Assembly: GCA_963700285.1 (NCBI GenBank)
Contig: CAVOXA010000014.1
Location: forward strand, 928,001 to 992,000
Length of the DNA: 64,000 nucleotides
Origin: an uncultured Chloroflexia bacterium
Lineage (GTDB): Bacteria > Chloroflexota > Anaerolineae > JAAYZQ01
Reading direction: 5' to 3'
Of the stretch, positions 60,563 through 64,000 are shown in pieces. How positions within the stretch are numbered: the first letter of the stretch is position 1; each line of letters starts with the position of its first letter. A program made the position numbers and the translations under genes. The notes beneath the pieces were generated by a model. It worked only from the letters and a program-made list of their open reading frames with translations. It had not been told where the DNA came from and did not search any database.

Positions 60563-60671
60563 AGAGATAGTTTCGTAACCTGGTCAGTGCCTCTGACCAG
60601 GTTGGTCCATCGTCTCTCAGGTTGGCCCAGCAGGAGTGCCAATCTAGACTGTTGATTGCGAGAGTACAGTC

Positions 60672-63311
60672 ATGCCAGTCCAACTTCAGATCAGCAGCTT
60701 TATGAGTGACCCGCTGGGTAGCCTCGTCTACCACCTTCTGCTGCTTCTGGTTGTGCAGGCTGGCCTGGCCATGGCCTGGGGGGAATGGCGGCGATCTCGG
60801 CAGGCACAAGCTCAGAGATTGCTGGCAGCCATGGCTGGAATCACTGTGGTGAACCTCGGCTACCTCGCTGCTGCCCTGGTCACTCGAGCCAATTTGATCG
60901 ATGCAGTGACCCTTCTCCCGCTCTATGAGCGGTTTGCCAATACGGTAAGTATCGCTTTCCTGGCCTGGGCCTTTGCCCCCCCGGTCAAGGTCAAGACAAG
61001 ATCCTGGAACCTGGCGCTCTGCGCCAACCTGGTCTTTGCCATCGGTGCTCTGGCAGTGTCTACCCTGCTCTGGCAACGAACCCTGATGAATACGCCCGCC
61101 CTGGACCTGAACACTTACTGGCTGTCGAACCTCTGGAGCGTCTGGCAAATAGCCCTGATCCTGCTGACCATCCTCGGCGTGGCAAGGAATCAGGAAGAAG
61201 GCTGGGGTACGATCATGCTGGCCATGATCGTTATGCTGGCGGGCCAGGTCCTGCAAATGGCCTTCCCGCAAGGGATAGCCAGACCCCATCTGTCTACCTG
61301 GATACGACTGGCTAACTTGGTCGCCTATCCACTCATAGCGGTTGCCATCTATCAGCGTACGGTAGCCGGACTCCGTGACCACAGCCGTCAGCTACAGAAC
61401 ATCAGCCAAGCCTCGCTGGAGCAGATAAAGAGTCTGTTGGTTCTTTCTGAAGCCAGCCGACGCATGTCCGCCTCCCTGGATCTCTTCGCCGTACTCGACA
61501 GCGCGGTACAAGGTGTAGCCCATGCCCTGGATGCAGATCTGTGCGCTATTGCTCTTTTGCTGGAGAATGATCCAAGCCAGATGCGTCTGGCGGCCATCTA
61601 TAACCCTGAGCATCCAAGGCGCGGCGAGCTGATCACCTTCCCCATCGAATACCAATTGGAGATTCAGCAAGCTATGCGTTGCAGGCAGCACGTGATCGTA
61701 GAAAAGTCGGACAATGTCCACCTCAGAGCACTTTTCGGCCTCCTGGGCTCCACCGAGACCGGGCCGCTCTTGGTTCAGCCGCTGCTTTCTGGGGGTGGAG
61801 CAATTGGAGCCATCATTGTCGGCAACGCCCGTTCATATCGCCCCTTCACCCCGAATGAAGCAAAGCTGTGCCACTCTATCGCGGCGCAACTCGAAAACGC
61901 TATCCAGAATGCCCGTTACTACCAGATTGCCCAGAAAAGCATCGAAGAACTGAAAAAGACCCAGAGTGAGGAGCATGGCTCGATTCAGATAGCCCTGGCA
62001 AGGATTCGGGAACTGACGGAGCTTCTGGCAACTTCCGAAACAGAGAGCGAAACCCTCCGTAAAGCACACAGTGACTTGGAGATCAAACTCCTGAGTAGCC
62101 GATCTGAGATCGACACGTTGACAAAACGATTGGCCGCATTGGAGGTCGATCTGGCCCGGCAGGAAGCAGAGTGGCAAGGCACCCTTCAAGCGATGCTGCC
62201 CGGCATGGCAGCAGGAGTTCTCGTGACCGATGCCCGTGGTGTGATCCGGGCAACGAACATGGCCGCTGAGATCCTGCTGGGGCGGGGAAGTGACGAACTG
62301 CAGGGCCTAGATCTCAGTACGATAAGCGCTGAAGGGGAATGGCAGCAGGCAGTCACGAGGGCCAATGGCGGTGAAGCAGTCCACTTGGGAATGCGGATTG
62401 GCAGCAATATGCTGACTTGTGACGTGGCTCCTCTGCCACAACCTGGCACGGATCAGGATGGCATGGAAGGGCTTGTCGCGATCCTGCAGAATATCTCGCC
62501 CGAGGTTGAGGCCCAGCAAGCCAGGTTTGAGACGATTGCCTTCATGGTCGAGGAAATGCGAACTCCAATGAGCACGGTGATCGGCTACGCCGACCTGCTC
62601 CTCAGCGAAGCGATGGGCGGTGTAGCCGGCGTGCAACGCAAATTCCTGGTGCGCATCAAGGCGGACGCGGAGCGGATGATTCAAGCCGTCAATGACCTCG
62701 CCAGGGAAGCCGGTGGTGAGGAACATGGGTCCCAACCGCAGCGGCAAACTGTACACGTGAATGATGCCATCGAGGAAGCACTGGCATCGGCGCGCGCCCA
62801 GTTCGACATCAAGGCACTCTCTGCGGATCTAGAGCTGGCCAATGACCTTCCGACCGTTGAGGCAGATCCTGACCACCTGCAGCGCATCCTGTCTGGCCTG
62901 CTCTCAAACGCCTGCATGGCGTCGCCAGTCGGAGGGCGGATCCTGGTACAGACCCAGCGCACGGATGGGGCTCCGGCTGACGGCCCCTTGGCCGAGAGCG
63001 CCCAAGGCTGTATCGCCGTATCCATCAAGGACCAGGGTGGAGGTCTGCCTGACGCAGTCCTGGGCCAGGTATTTGACCGGACCCGCCCCAGCCAAACGCC
63101 TCCTGGACTTGGTGAGTCTGGGGCAGGATTGACCCTGGTGAAGGCGCTAGTGGAAGCCCAGGGGGGGCATCTTTGGGTTGACAGCTCAGATAAAGTGAGC
63201 ACGACATTTAGCTTCATCCTACAAGTCGACGAAGCGACAGACCAGACTCTCATCGACCGCATTGCCGCCGAGCAGGACCAACTTGCCTCAATAGGCATCG
63301 TCGCAGGGTAG
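60672..63311 (+). CDS. Membrane sensor histidine-kinase-like protein (multi-TM, GAF, coiled coil, PAS, HisKA-like, HATPase) lacking the phosphoacceptor His
   Basis: About 7 TM segments, GAF (PLL..GAIIV..FTPNE), VEEMRTPM H-box, DPDHLQRIL..LSNA, DQGGG. Confidence 0.85.
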   Translation: MPVQLQISSFMSDPLGSLVYHLLLLLVVQAGLAMAWGEWRRSRQAQAQRLLAAMAGITVVNLGYLAAALVTRANLIDAVTLLPLYERFANTVSIAFLAWAFAPPVKVKTRSWNLALCANLVFAIGALAVSTLLWQRTLMNTPALDLNTYWLSNLWSVWQIALILLTILGVARNQEEGWGTIMLAMIVMLAGQVLQMAFPQGIARPHLSTWIRLANLVAYPLIAVAIYQRTVAGLRDHSRQLQNISQASLEQIKSLLVLSEASRRMSASLDLFAVLDSAVQGVAHALDADLCAIALLLENDPSQMRLAAIYNPEHPRRGELITFPIEYQLEIQQAMRCRQHVIVEKSDNVHLRALFGLLGSTETGPLLVQPLLSGGGAIGAIIVGNARSYRPFTPNEAKLCHSIAAQLENAIQNARYYQIAQKSIEELKKTQSEEHGSIQIALARIRELTELLATSETESETLRKAHSDLEIKLLSSRSEIDTLTKRLAALEVDLARQEAEWQGTLQAMLPGMAAGVLVTDARGVIRATNMAAEILLGRGSDELQGLDLSTISAEGEWQQAVTRANGGEAVHLGMRIGSNMLTCDVAPLPQPGTDQDGMEGLVAILQNISPEVEAQQARFETIAFMVEEMRTPMSTVIGYADLLLSEAMGGVAGVQRKFLVRIKADAERMIQAVNDLAREAGGEEHGSQPQRQTVHVNDAIEEALASARAQFDIKALSADLELANDLPTVEADPDHLQRILSGLLSNACMASPVGGRILVQTQRTDGAPADGPLAESAQGCIAVSIKDQGGGLPDAVLGQVFDRTRPSQTPPGLGESGAGLTLVKALVEAQGGHLWVDSSDKVSTTFSFILQVDEATDQTLIDRIAAEQDQLASIGIVAG

Positions 63312-63312
63312 A

Positions 63313-64000
63313 ATGAGTTCAAGATGGCAAGACGAGACAAAACAACCCACAGGGCCTGCTCGCCTCTTCGAAATCGCCAGGCCAGTCCTGATAGGATTGG
63401 TCGCGGCCAGTCTGGTCGTGCTCACACTGCTGGCCACGTGGCTCCTGGCAGCGCAGGAACAGACCCTTGTCTCTAGGACTGGGCCGGTGGCAACGGGTTC
63501 GCCCATTCTGCCAAGCGCTACCCTATTGGCACTCTCTGCTGCCAAGCTCCCAGACAACATGAACGCCCCGACGTTGAACTCAACCCCGACGGCCTTGCCC
63601 CCTACGGACCAGCCAGGCCCGTCACCCACAGCATCGCTTACAGCATCACCAGCACCATCGCCTACAGCCGCACCGCCCACCGCATCACCCACACTATCAC
63701 CTACGCCCAAACCCATACCAACCTTGTCACCATCGCCGTCTCCCGCCCCCACACTCCAGCCTGTAGAAACCAGCCAGCCCTCGCCTGACTCTGCAGCGCA
63801 ATGCAAGCCGCCCAGTAACTGGCACAAATATCGAGTGAAAAACAGCCAAACGGTCAAGTCTCTGGCAAACTACTTTGGTACCACTACATCCCAACTAAAA
63901 AAGGCCAATTGCCTGACCGGTACCTTTGTCCGCGCCGGAACCATCTTGTGGGTGCCCCGCAAGGTCACAGCCACAGCCAAAGCCCAAACCAGCGCAAAAA
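63313..64000 (+). CDS. Membrane-anchored Pro/Thr-rich LysM domain protein (runs off the window end)
   Basis: Translated by hand: TM segment VLIGLVAASLVVLTLLATWLL, P/T/S linker, CKPPSNWHKYRV...LANYFGTT..LKKANCL...GTILWVP. Confidence 0.8.
   Translation, partial: MSSRWQDETKQPTGPARLFEIARPVLIGLVAASLVVLTLLATWLLAAQEQTLVSRTGPVATGSPILPSATLLALSAAKLPDNMNAPTLNSTPTALPPTDQPGPSPTASLTASPAPSPTAAPPTASPTLSPTPKPIPTLSPSPSPAPTLQPVETSQPSPDSAAQCKPPSNWHKYRVKNSQTVKSLANYFGTTTSQLKKANCLTGTFVRAGTILWVPRKVTATAKAQTSAK

Noticed and set aside
60345-61382. 345-aa minus-strand ORF
   Set aside because: It is antisense to the TM region of the kinase-like gene and runs through its promoter, with no recognisable features.

Overview
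Bacterial genomic window of about 58-60% GC, most likely Chloroflexota (Anaerolineae-like). The taxon call is an inference from VEKVV-rich and Pro/Thr-rich lipoprotein tethers, a CxxPxxW...ANCL LysM domain and the contiguous str-S10-spc-alpha cluster. Layout: (1) 1-19.5 kb is a co-oriented catabolic cluster of unknown substrate. It holds four amide-hydrolase types, a family-5 ABC importer without ATPase, two URO-D-like proteins, two class III aminotransferases, an Fe-ADH and two closely related transaldolase-family enzymes with a non-canonical active site. (2) 19.5-26.5 kb holds gene remnants, a MarR-regulated export/deacetylase operon and a PatB-type C-S lyase. (3) 26.9-30.1 kb is a 1068-aa caspase-like CHAT protease with putative CBS-like N-terminal repeats and a C-terminal domain that has its own internal ribosome-binding site. 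(4) 30.2-37.5 kb holds a methyltransferase, exported lipoproteins (a GATase with an altered triad and a propeller-CapA), DUF4139, a self-contained promoter-sORF-terminator unit and an AIR-synthase-like gene. (5) 37.8-60.2 kb is the ribosomal supercluster rpsL to rpsI. It has a domain-IV-divergent EF-G, enlarged L17 and L24, no infA, long structured spacers and two apparent single-base indels (rplB, rplR). (6) 60.7-64 kb holds a His-less sensor kinase and a partial LysM protein. No rRNA, tRNA, CRISPR array or intact mobile element was seen. All family calls come from motif recognition by eye, not from database searches.
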